From Octopus vulgaris (taxonomy: Eukaryota): a DNA stretch of 64,000 nucleotides. Both the position numbers and the translations under genes were made by a program. The notes below the pieces were generated by a model. That model worked only from the letters and a program-made list of their open reading frames with translations, made no database searches and had not been told where the DNA came from. Location: positions 98,270,001-98,334,000 of the forward strand of contig OX597814.1 of the NCBI GenBank assembly GCA_951406725.2, in the 5' to 3' direction. Position 1 is the stretch's first letter. The number at the start of each line of letters is the position of its first letter. Shown here piece after piece: positions 14,151-27,814 of this stretch.

Positions 14151-14734
14151 ATATAACTAATTTAGAGACGAACAACCACGCCACAACTCAGTCAATGAAT
14201 AACCCGTCCAAAACCATGCTGTGAGACATATACCATACACAATACTAAACTAAAATTTTAATAATATGTAAAAATGAATCATAAAATATATAAGAGCAAA
14301 TACTTTTAAAATCACACCGAATAACATACAAAGAAACATTCATCATAAACATATTATTAGAATGAACTTGGATACGGTTTGCTTATATGATTTTATATAG
14401 TCCTAATGCAGCCATGAAACGCGCGTAGTCGACGTACAAGTACTTACTTTTATACATTATATTTTTGTATTAATTCTTATTGTTCAATTTATATTTTATT
14501 TGATTTTAGATTAATATTTTTATGATAAATGTTTCTTTGTATGATATTCGCTGTGATTTTAAAAGTATTTGCTCTTATATGTTATATGATTGTAATAATC
14601 ATACTGTTCATTATTATATATTATTAAAATTTTAGATTAGTATTGTGTATGGCATATGTCTCACAGCATGGTTTTGTACGGGTTATTCATTGACTGATCG
14701 GTGGAATGGTAGTTCGTCTCTAAATTAGTTATAT
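14151..14734. mobile_element. Older fold-back element with diverged ~210-bp inverted arms
   Basis: 14151-14357 vs 14510-14734 inverted; the spacer keeps a hammerhead 3' half (cagccat GAAA cgcgc GTA gt) like that at 38788-38810. Confidence 0.8.
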
Positions 14735-15076
14735 ATATATAGAGAGAGAGATATGTAATTTAAAAATATAAATAAAAAATAAGGTTTAAATATAAATAAT
14801 ATATATATAAATGTAAAAATATACATATATATATATATATACATATAAAAATATATAAAAAATGATATATACATATTTATACATATCTATTGGATGGTCG
14901 TTGACTGTTCATGAGTTCCATCACCCTTTGATGCGTCTTATTTTTCACCCTTCTCACTAAGCAAGCCTGGTGGGGTTGCCAGTTTAGTCACCGACAACCG
15001 AACTGTGCAACAGGTTGTTACCTGTAGCAATCAAGAGCGACCTGACATATATAATCGTATAAATATATATATATTT

Positions 15077-15264
15077 GATAAAGATAGTTATGTCCACTCT
15101 ATGGGGTTACCCTGAGTTTCACGTCCATAAAACGCTTAGCTTTACAGCTTTTCTTCAGGCCTTAATGACTGGTCATTAGCTTCTGAAGAAACGCTGTGAA
15201 GTTAAGCGCTTTTTAGACGTGAAACCAAGGGTAACCACATAGACCGGCCATAGCTATCTTTATC
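15077..15264. mobile_element. 188-bp hairpin element with a hammerhead core on each strand
   Basis: Centre taatgac-tg-gtcatta. Plus strand CTGAAGA (15183)...gacgt GAAAC caagg GTA acc; minus strand CTGAAGA...gacgt GAAAC tcagg GTA acccc. Confidence 0.8.
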
Positions 15265-15325
15265 TAATTACTCTACTGCTCTATAACTTGGAGTGTTGCT
15301 CCTACTTCAGATTTATGATTTCCCG

Positions 15326-15408
<83 letters not shown>

Positions 15409-15460
15409 TATATATTATATATATATATATATTACATATATATATATATTATATATATGT

Positions 15461-15553
<93 letters not shown>

Positions 15554-15639
15554 TTAATATATATATATAAAATATATATTATATATGTATATATATATAT
15601 ATTATATATATATATTATATATATATATATAATATTATA

Positions 15640-15828
<189 letters not shown>

Positions 15829-15887
15829 ATTATAGTGAAGGGAAGAAATGTAGCTGAACGAAGATTCTACAGAATTCCTTTTATTAC

Positions 15888-15969
15888 TTTCTACACATGT
15901 TTCAAAGGCCGCAAATTTCCAAATTCGGACTGAATAAGGAGGCCATTTTGCAGCTTTCTCTTCAGGAAA
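15888..15969 (-). ncRNA. Type I hammerhead ribozyme motif
   Basis: Minus strand tttc CTGAAGA g aaagctgcaaa...tttgcggccttt GAAA catgt GTA gaaa. Confidence 0.75.
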
Positions 15970-16091
15970 ATCCAGGAATTTAAAACTTCAAAACAAATGC
16001 GCACCAAGGTATTCGAACAAAACGCTCCTTAGGAGCCCATGAAATGGCACAAAAACTCCTTAACAAGATAATTCATTTATCCATTTCAATA

Positions 16092-16232
<141 letters not shown>

Positions 16233-16236
16233 TTTT

Positions 16237-16426
<190 letters not shown>

Positions 16427-16438
16427 ATATATATATAT

Positions 16439-16878
<440 letters not shown>

Positions 16879-16919
16879 TATATATATATATATTATATAT
16901 ATGTATATTATATATATTA

Positions 16920-18045
<1,126 letters not shown>

Positions 18046-18109
18046 GAAAGTTAAACGGCTTGATAGATATGTAGATACTCAGAAAGATAGGTTGATAGAT
18101 AGATAGGTT

Positions 18110-18153
<44 letters not shown>

Positions 18154-18224
18154 CACAGACATATAGATAGATAAATAGATTTACAGACAGACTGACAGAC
18201 AGATATATATATATATATATATAC

Positions 18225-18273
<49 letters not shown>

Positions 18274-18275
18274 AT

Positions 18276-18553
18276 AAACAATTGCAGCTTGGAAGGTGTT
18301 TGTAAGCCTTTTATGAAACACACAAAAGCCGTTCGATTCACTTCAACATTTAAGTTTAATATTTTCGTCGCTTTAAGACCGCGACCTGTTCACTGACAAA
18401 AATCCGTGCTGCATACAAATTGCCAGTGAACAGGTCGCGGTCTTAAAGCGACGAAAATATTTTGACAACTTAAACTTAAATGTTGAAGTGAATCGAACGA
18501 CTTTTGTGTGTTTCATAAAAGGCTTACAAACACCTTCCAAGCTGCAATTGTTT
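18276..18553. mobile_element. Fold-back element carrying a variant hammerhead
   Basis: 18276-18398 vs 18420-18553 inverted; the left arm has a ~10-nt deletion. Confidence 0.88.
18420..18468 (+). ncRNA. Minimal hammerhead with G3-C8 swapped core (GUGAACA)
   Basis: ttgcca GTGAACA g gtcgc ggtcttaaa gcgac GAAA ata TTT tgacaa; the opposite arm has ttgtca, a perfect stem I partner for tgacaa. Confidence 0.65.
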
Positions 18554-18612
18554 TCGTTTCACCACACGATCTCAGATCAAATCACTTGCTATGCAAGTAC
18601 ATCTCCGTAATG

Positions 18613-18693
<81 letters not shown>

Positions 18694-19293
18694 GTAGATT
18701 GATAGATAGAGTAATACTGAGATTGATTGATTCTGTATTAAAGTACCACCACTGTTTCGTGTACATTTCTGTTGAACATAGTTGACGAATTAATGTTTTT
18801 AGAGAATCAATAAGAGAGATAGATGGACAGATTAATAAATATAGGTAGATATAAACAGATAGAGATAAATTAAGAGAGAGAGAGAGAAGAAGGGAGAGAG
18901 AGAGGCGATGAGTTGAGAATTAATGTCAGTGTTGTGGAATAGAAGAACTAATAAAATAAATTGGTTATGTGTTGAAGTTTTCTTTTCTGGACTCGCATTA
19001 AGAAGTGTACGACAGAGTTATGCAAGTACAAACATCCCTTATTACTTGAGGTATGTTTAGAAGACATCCTAACTTTCCTTTTTGAACAGTATGAATATCA
19101 TACAGTTTAAGTAGTTAAGAAAGGGATAAGGTAGTTTATGTGTTGAGCGAAGTATTTAAAGAATTAAAATCTATTAGCTTTAATGATTAAACATTAATGA
19201 TTAAAGGCGAAGTGAAAAACCCCGAAATCTACATCAATCAATCAATCAGTCAATCAATCAGTCAATCAATCAATCTGTCTGTCTGTCAGTATG

Positions 19294-19367
<74 letters not shown>

Positions 19368-19431
19368 CATCCATCCATCCATCCATCATCTATCTATCTA
19401 TCTATCTATCTATCCATCCATCCATCCATCC

Positions 19432-19482
<51 letters not shown>

Positions 19483-19498
19483 CATCCATCCATCCATC

Positions 19499-19557
<59 letters not shown>

Positions 19558-20490
19558 CTATTCTATTTTATCCTATTCTATTTTACTCTGCTCTATTTTA
19601 TTCTGTTCTATTCTATGAGAATTAAAATAAAAAATCCAGGTACTTGACAAAAAATATACATTGTAAAGATTAGAAATACATGAACTAAAAATTTTAATTG
19701 AACCATGAAAATATGTTATTGGAAGTCGTTGAGGGGAATACTGACATCCATTTTGCCCGTCATTTTACTAATTTCCTATTTTCTCTCTCTCGCTCTCTCA
19801 ATCCCTCTCCCCCACTTCGTTCTCTCTTTATTTTTTAGTCAGTGAGAGGAGCAGTAATACAACTCATATCCAACTACCCACATTTTAAAACTGAAATATA
19901 GTATTTTATATAAGTAGGCTGTGAACGCCCTAACTCCTAAACGTTGGATTATGAATGCACAAATTACTGTTGTAGTTCACTCTCCACATTTAAAACAATA
20001 ATACCGAATGGTTTTATTTTGCAAAAATCAATGACAAATACGAAATGTTACGTGATTTTTAACAGAAGTTGGAAGATAATTTTGAATGAATAATCTACAT
20101 AAAAGAAAGCCGAAAAAAATGGCTTTATTCAAAAGAGTTCATTTTATCATCCCTACTGAGACTGTTAATCAATGTTTTACCGCTAACTATTTTGCATCAA
20201 ATCAACCCTTTTCTTCGACCCGAATTTCCATCACGTCTCTTTATCTGTCAGTCCATATGTCTGTCTGCCTGTCTGCTTCTCACTCTCTTTGTTTGTTTGT
20301 CTGTTTGTCTGTTTCTCTTTCTTTTTGGTAGAATTTTCCTGGTTTTACTTCATTAAATATCAACAACAACGAGGAAGAAATATAAGAGAAAAACTAAGAA
20401 TAACAGGGGGGTTATTTCATCTGTTTTGATTAAATGATATATGCACTGTATATGCGTGTGCATATGTGTGCACATTATTTGTCTCTGCCC

Positions 20491-20566
<76 letters not shown>

Positions 20567-20819
20567 GCCTGCCTGCCTGCCTGCCTGCCTGTCTGTCTGA
20601 CTGTCTGTCTGTCTGTGTGTCTGTGTGTGTGTGTGTGTGTGTGTATGTGTGTGTGTGTTTCCATTTTGCGCTTGTAAATCAGCTTGCTCGACCAGTATCT
20701 ATTCTTTCACACACGCAAACCCCCTCACCTTTTCATACAAAATCTTTCACACTACCTGCCTATCAATTACACACAACACACCACGCTGTACTTTTACATT
20801 TGTACATCCCTATACACAT

Positions 20820-21035
20820 ACTATTTCTTTACTGCCCACAAGGAGCTAAACATAGAGGGGACAAACAAGGACAGACAAACAGATTAAGTGCGTAACTGGT
20901 ACTTAATTTATCGATCTCGAAAGGATGAAAGGCAAAGTCGACCTCGGCGGAATTTGAACTCAGAACGTAACGGCAGACGAAATACGGCTACGCATTTCGC
21001 CCGGCGTGCTAACGTTTCTGCCAACTCGCCGCCTT
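20820..21035 (-). mobile_element. SINE family B
   Basis: Reverse complement of 4248-4460, with a B-box-like gagttcaaattcc. Confidence 0.88.
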
Positions 21036-21404
21036 ACAACCAGCTCGCCGCCTTACCCCTATACACATACATACACCATATTAACACACACCACTCTACC
21101 CTTTTAGCTGCTTCTAGACATGGATGCGCTCTTATACTTGCATCTACATAATGACTGTTTCCTCTCGTCTTAACTCTTTCAGATAAAAAAGCATTCCCAC
21201 CAAGTTTCAAGTACTTCACCTGTTTTTTTTTTAACTGACTATTTTTTCCTCGCTCAGTCTTATTGCCGATGAAGACAGAACGCCTGAAATGTTAAGACAC
21301 TTTAACTTTTCATTAAAGCATTAAGCTAATGCCTTATCTATCAAACTTTATGATTCCTGTTATGTCCTTTTAATTGCTCATTGTATTTACTCTCTCTCTC
21401 TCTC

Positions 21405-21549
<145 letters not shown>

Positions 21550-21650
21550 CGGGGTGAGTACTTGATAATTATAAGCACCTGTGTATACCGTTTGGTGGTG
21601 TAGGTGGTGGAGTAAATTGATCAAAATAAAAACATGATGCCAAGGATTCA

Positions 21651-21728
21651 GCGGTACATATGTTTCGGGCCTTTATTAGACAGATTTATAACAATGCATA
21701 ATGTATGTCTGTGGCCTTCTTCAGCCGC
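21651..21728 (-). ncRNA. Type I hammerhead ribozyme motif
   Basis: Mirror copy of 22001-22078. Confidence 0.8.
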
Positions 21729-22000
21729 GCAAACAGCTTCCACAAGGACATGTGTTACATCAAAAATTCTTGGTTGGGGATGCAAATCCTCTCATTCGCG
21801 TACGACATAATGCGGCAACAGCATAGAATTGAAGCGTCCATCTCTTTCTTCTCTCAATGTAGAATCTACATTGAGAGAAGAAAGAGATGGACGCTTCAAT
21901 TCTATGCTGTTGCCGCATTATGTCGTACGCGAATGAGAGGATTTGCATCCCCAACCAAGAATTTTTGATGTAACACATGTCCTTGTGGAAGCTGTTGTGC

Positions 22001-22078
22001 GCGGCTGAAGAAGGCCACAGACATACATTATGCATTGTTATAAATCTGTCTAATAAAGGCCCGAAACATATGTACCGC
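22001..22078 (+). ncRNA. Type I hammerhead ribozyme motif
   Basis: gcgg CTGAAGA a ggcc acaga...tctgt...ggcc c GAAA catat GTA ccgc; palindromic stem III ACATATGT. Confidence 0.8.
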
Positions 22079-22111
22079 TGAATCCTTGGCATCATGTTTT
22101 TATTTTGATCA

Positions 22112-22171
<60 letters not shown>

Positions 22172-22255
22172 TTTAAATAAAAGTTTGACTTAATTTCATA
22201 TGAATTAAAATTTCGTGGGCATGCAGGACGGACGCATTTCATTAGATATCTTCTG

Positions 22256-22305
22256 ATATCTGATGAGATCGGTTCGTTCCAAGCACCCAGGAAACTTTGT
22301 CATAT
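22256..22305 (+). ncRNA. Hammerhead motif with decayed stem II
   Basis: atat CTGATGA g atcggt...acccag GAAA cttt GTC atat. Confidence 0.55.
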
Positions 22306-23749
22306 GGAGCTGAGTCAAGCTGTTATTTAAAAAAAATATGTTACTCCTTTCCGTTGCGACTCTACATTCTGTTCCCTGCCTATTTTCTTTTCTATCCTTC
22401 TATCATCCTCAATATTTCTTTTCCTCCCCTTCCTTCTGTGATGTCCCCTGTCTCTCTTTCTTCCACTCTCTACTATCTTTCTTTCCTTCTCCTTTCTCCT
22501 CACCCACCTTGTTTCTTTCCTTCATCCTCTCTCTCTTGTCCTCTTTCTCCTCTGCCTGTTGCTCGCACGTGACTACAAGCCATTTTTTTGTCTTTCCGTC
22601 TTTTCTGGACCGCTTGGCCTGACAGACTGACGTCATTTCTCTCGCCTCTCGATATTTTTCTCTTCTACTATTTATTCTATATCCTTTCAACATTTCTTAC
22701 AGGCGTTACCCATTACAATTCGTCTTGGCCTAACAGCCCTAAATATCTGTCTTCGTCAATTGTTTATTTCCGTACGTCCACTCTGTTGTCGTCTGTATAT
22801 TCGGAGCCCTAAAAATTTCTCGATGCTGCTGCCTTGTGAAGTTTTCCTGTTTTGTAGTTAAAAGCACGAAACAGTGAGTAATATCACAGTGGAAAACTGA
22901 GGAGGGGTTAGACTTCCTTTGGTATTTTGTCCCATACTTATCTCTCGTTGTGTGTTTACGTATTTTTCACTCGTTAGTGGTGTCCTGTTCTTAATGCTTA
23001 TTATATATATATATATATAATAAGCAAACTTTCAAAGTTTGTACATAAACTGTCGCATTCGAAAGCGACATTTAATTGACAGCATGTCAGGGGCCGTTTA
23101 GCTTAATAGTCAGAGCGCTTAGCGTGTCCCGTGGCCGCCTTCCGGCAACCCTTCCCCACGTCTTATAAGGGGTAAATACCCAATTTTTCACTGCTGTAGT
23201 TACAGCTTTACTGCGTTCGAAATTTACTTTCTCGTCTATAATATATATACTGCGTTGCATCGATATTCGAGTTAATTTGTTCCCGGAGACCGCCCGTAAA
23301 GTGGAAAATTGTAAAGCGGAGCAATAATTTCCCATAGCAGCAATGATATAAATCGTAATTTGTTTCCCAGGTAAATATATTTTACCGATAAAATTTATAA
23401 TGCTTGTAAATAAATGGCAATAAAACAACAGTAGAATGCAAAGAATATTTTATGTAAAGTAAAAAGAATATCAAGATCATTTATAACAAAAAATATTTTT
23501 ATTACAATCGTTTTCTGAGTCACTTCCACTAGCACTAGAATCGTGTACACCATCATTTGTAGATGCGATCACCGATTCACAAGCAGTCGTAGACGGATTG
23601 TAGATTTCTTTAAAAAAAAAACAGTCTAGAGTTGTTTGCTTAGAAGCATTTTTTCGTTGTCCTATAAATTTCTCGGCAGAAGCATTTATTATGGTAGAGG
23701 AAACTTTTGCACTTCGTTCAAAATTTGGATCTTGTGCTAGAAAAATAAA

Positions 23750-23803
23750 ACTCGTAAAGTCGGGGTCTCGTAAAGTGGGTCCTCGTAAAGTGAAGTATTA
23801 CTG
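23750..23803. mobile_element. Probable pogo/Tigger-type DNA transposon terminus
   Basis: Three ctcgtaaagt subterminal repeats ending gaagtattactg followed by TA; partner end not found. Confidence 0.5.
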
Positions 23804-24649
23804 TATATGCAATCAAACAAACTTATTTATTCAAAACTGTTTTCGTATCTTTATGCATACCTACGCACTCATCTATGTATGAATACATATATACTTTGGT
23901 TATCTAAATAAATTTATCTTGACTAGAATTTAACGTATGGGAACGTGTATTATAAATCACCCGTTGTGTCACTATTCATTTACATTACATTTCCAAAATC
24001 CAATGAGAGGCTGAAGCCTTTTGATATTCTAAGACTAGTATACTGTCAAAGAAAAAGAAATTTTTTGAACTTCTTTTGAAAATATCTATAAATTTTTGAT
24101 CGACTCTATAAAAACTGTCTGTTGCTAACGATTCCTTCTCTCTCTCTTTCCCGTCTCGTCACTACCCTGTTTGAAGTCTCGCAGCATTCGACCTTCAACT
24201 GCTATTTTTCTTCTCATTCTTCGTTTTTTTTAATGTTTGCTGTTATAGTTGCATTACTTGAAATGAGAGATATGGAAAAAGATGAAAAAAATATTGCCGA
24301 TTTGTTGTCTGAAAGTTTACCTAAGTTCATAGGTGAACAATTGTAGTATTTTTGGAAACACGATAATGTTTATTGGTGGTGCTCTCCTAGCATGCAGCAG
24401 TTTGATGTCTTTTCTAAAATCACAGCGTTATTTTTTTTCAAAGCAAGTCTGGTGTATGTGTGCATTTGAGATTGTATGTGTGTGTATGTGTGTATGTATG
24501 TATGTGTGTACGCGTGTGCGTTGTGTGATTATATATGGCTGTAGCTACGTCATCCAATTGTAAACCAATGGATCCGCATAGTGGTAACCAAACCTCACAC
24601 ACAAACACACACGCATACACACACTCACACACATAAATGTACGCATGTA

Positions 24650-25035
24650 TCTTTTACTTGTTTCAGTTATAAAACTGCAGCCATCTTGGGGGACCGATTC
24701 GAAGAACTTTTAGTAGAATGAATCAGCCCCAGTACTTATTTTTTCTTTTAAGTCTGGTATTTATTCTAAGGGATGGAAACATATCAACACCGGTTGTCAA
24801 GTGATGTTGGGGGACAAATACACAAAGACACGGCACATACACACATACACGCGCGCACGTACACACATATATGCAATGGGCTTCTTTCAGTTCCTGTCTA
24901 CCAAATCCATTCACAAGTATTTGGTCGGTCCGCGGCATTAACAAAAGAAACTTGCCAAAGCTGCCTCGCAGTGGGATATTACCTGGAACGATGTGGTTGG
25001 GAAGTAAGCTTCTTACTACACAGCCACACCTGCAT
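24650..25035 (-). mobile_element. SINE family A, diverged
   Basis: Homologous to 5449-5883. Confidence 0.8.
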
Positions 25036-25822
25036 GTATATATATGTGTGTGTGTGTGAAGGGTGGATGCGTGTATATGTGTATGTGTGTATACCAAAAC
25101 TCTTTGACACTGGTGTACTGTTTTTCTGATGTAGTCACGTTGCGTATGCGTACAGGTTTCTTCCTTTTTTAGTCGGGAAAACACATCATACCAACTGATG
25201 TAATGCCACCACCTGATTTAAAGATATCTTTAGCAGAGTTTGTTTGTTTGAAAACATTCGAGTGCGGTTACCGTGAACACTCGATGCACCGATACCATTT
25301 GCATATCACTAGACCCTGAAACTAAAACTTGAGCCGCCGGAAATTTCTCACTTCTTTCCTCTGATAACTGTGGATTTCAATTCAACCTAAACTCACACAC
25401 CACTTCTTACTAAACCGTAAACTGTATTCCTCTCCGATACACAAATCTTTCAAACCTTACATATAAGCAACTTCTTTTGCTGCTGTTAACGCTGTCGTCT
25501 CTTTACCCATTACCTAGCTCCGAAAGACAATCTCTGCCTATACGTTGATGCTACACACCCTACTATCCACCTCTCTTACTCGGATATTAATAACAAAAAC
25601 TTGCAGGTACTCTGTCTCGGAGCTGTACTCCCCTACTTCCCACCAATATATCTGCTTTTGTTATTCTTCGGTTGATGGAACTGAAAGAAGTCTGTCGCAT
25701 CTCTGTATAGCAGAAACATGTGTCGGTCACAGTAATCAAATAATTATGTTGTATGACCAGCTGTAAAATTAAAAGAATAATATGATGATGTGCCAGTCTC
25801 TGTATTCTTTATAATTGTTTGA

Positions 25823-26461
25823 AATCTACAATTTGGATAATATTCATAATCCAGAATAGCGAACCCGGAGTTTCCCATCAGAGGTATTACAACGAGATTG
25901 CTAATACTTAGCGACCATTGACGCTTGGTACTACTTGATGCTGTTAACCGTAATCTGGAATATACTCGAGAGCTACCACGGTACACGCCTGGATTATTTT
26001 ATCTCTATTCACTCAGATTACACGCACACACGCACATACACACATGCACACACACACAGTGATATGTGTATGTGTTTATTGGTGGTGCTTTACTAGCATG
26101 CAGCAGTTTGATGTCTTTTCTATAATCAGAGCGTTATTTTTTAAAAGCAAGTCTGGTGTATGTGTGTGTTTGAGATTGTATTTGTGAGTATGTGTGTGTG
26201 TGTTTGAGATTGTATGTGTGTGTAAGTATGTGTGTGTATGTTTGAGATTGTATGTGTGTGTATGTGTGTGTGTGTGTGTAATCTGAGTGCATAGGGATAA
26301 AATTATCCAGGCGGGTACCGTGGTAGCTCTCGAGTATATTCCAGGTTACGGCTTACCACATCAGGTAATACCAGGTATATGAGCAATCTCGCTGTAATTC
26401 CTCTGATGGGAAACTCCCGATTCGCTTTCCTGGATTATGAATATAATCCAGAATGTAGATT
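25823..26461. mobile_element. Inverted ~190-bp arms around a ~250-bp spacer
   Basis: 25823-26022 vs 26277-26461 inverted and moderately diverged. Confidence 0.8.
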
Positions 26462-26645
26462 CCCACCACCACTTGACAACTGGTGTTAGTTTGTTTACAT
26501 CCCCGTGACTTAGTGATTCGGCAAAGAAAGACGTTAGAGTAAGTGCCAAGGTTAACAAAAATGTACTGGGGTCGATCTGTTGTCCGACTAAGGCTGTTCC
26601 CCAGCATGGCCGCAGTCCAATGACTGAAACAAGTAAAATATAAAA
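26462..26645 (+). mobile_element. SINE family A, 3' half
   Basis: Tail cagcatggccgcagtccaatgactgaaacaagtaaaa. Confidence 0.8.
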
Positions 26646-27553
26646 GAGAAAGATAAAAACAATAAATGATAAATAAAAAGGATCTCAGAGGATTAATAAC
26701 TTGCTGAAATGATGTGCGATAGTATTATTTATTTATTTGTATAAACAAATTTATTTCATAGGCTCAATACCAAATGGGAGCAATAACATAAAGTCTGTAC
26801 AGTTTTGAGTAACAAGCCTATGTTTTCGGTGGCACTCACACAAGTGAAAGCAATATTCTGAAAACGGAAACAGTGACGTAAACAGCCAGGACATCTCTGT
26901 GTGTGATGACGCATTTCTGAGGTGATTCTAAAAGCAGAAAGAAATTCTCTTTTACCACACTCTTGCTGTTATCAGTCTTCAGTCTGTGGCCATGTGGCAG
27001 AACTACCTTGTGGAGCATCAAATGATTAATAACTCTGTGCTGTATCTTTTACTTATATTATCAATGTCTGCTTATCGAATGGCCAATGATTCCCTCTGCA
27101 TTAAGGAATAAATACAAGGAAGCACTTTGTTTGATGCAGCAATTTATCGGTAACACTCAGCCCTACCACGCACTGACTTGAATTTGTAAATAAGTTTATA
27201 TCCGTACATCTGATAGACACACATTTAACTTCGCTGTGCGAGTAGACCACTGAGTAAACTGCAGGATTCCCTTCTAAGGAACGACCTGCATTAAAAATTT
27301 GAATAGATTCTTCGATCGATATAAGCCCATGAAGAGCCGAGAAAGAGAGTGAGAGAGAGAGAGAAACGGAAATAGAGTGACAGAGATTCAGGGAGAGAGA
27401 GTGAGAGGAGAGGGTGACAGGATGGGGAGATAGGAAGAGAGAGAAAGAGAGAGAAAGAGAAAGCGTGAGTGAGAGGGCAGCTTACAGACATTTAGGTTAT
27501 CAAAGCATCGCTCTGTAAAAAGCTAGTAATTATTTTTATGGAATATTTTTCAG

Positions 27554-27635
<82 letters not shown>

Positions 27636-27814
27636 CAAGTAGGAGAAATATATTTGCTATATTCTCCGTGGGAGATGGGTAGTTTTGGAGGGTTTTAACT
27701 CCTCTTTCATGCAAGCAGGTGCATATCGTACCCTGACTTTTTATTATTTTTATTTTTATTATTATTTTGCATATTTGGATTATGCTTGTTGGCCATTTTA
27801 TTATTTTTTTTTAT

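Larger units (their letters stand above)
21613..22116. mobile_element. 504-bp near-perfect palindrome (dimer of a hammerhead-bearing unit)
   Basis: Centre tgtaga-a-tctaca at 21864; one 1-nt indel noticed between arms; mirror ORFs 21705..21968 and 21760..22095. Confidence 0.92.

Noticed and set aside
21255-21298. CCGATGA...GAAAT gt TA agac hammerhead-like remnant
   Set aside because: Core change, weak stem II and displaced stem I; possibly a relic but too decayed to call.
21705-22095. Mirror-image ORF pairs here and at 13157/13803
   Set aside because: A consequence of the palindromes; no recognisable protein.
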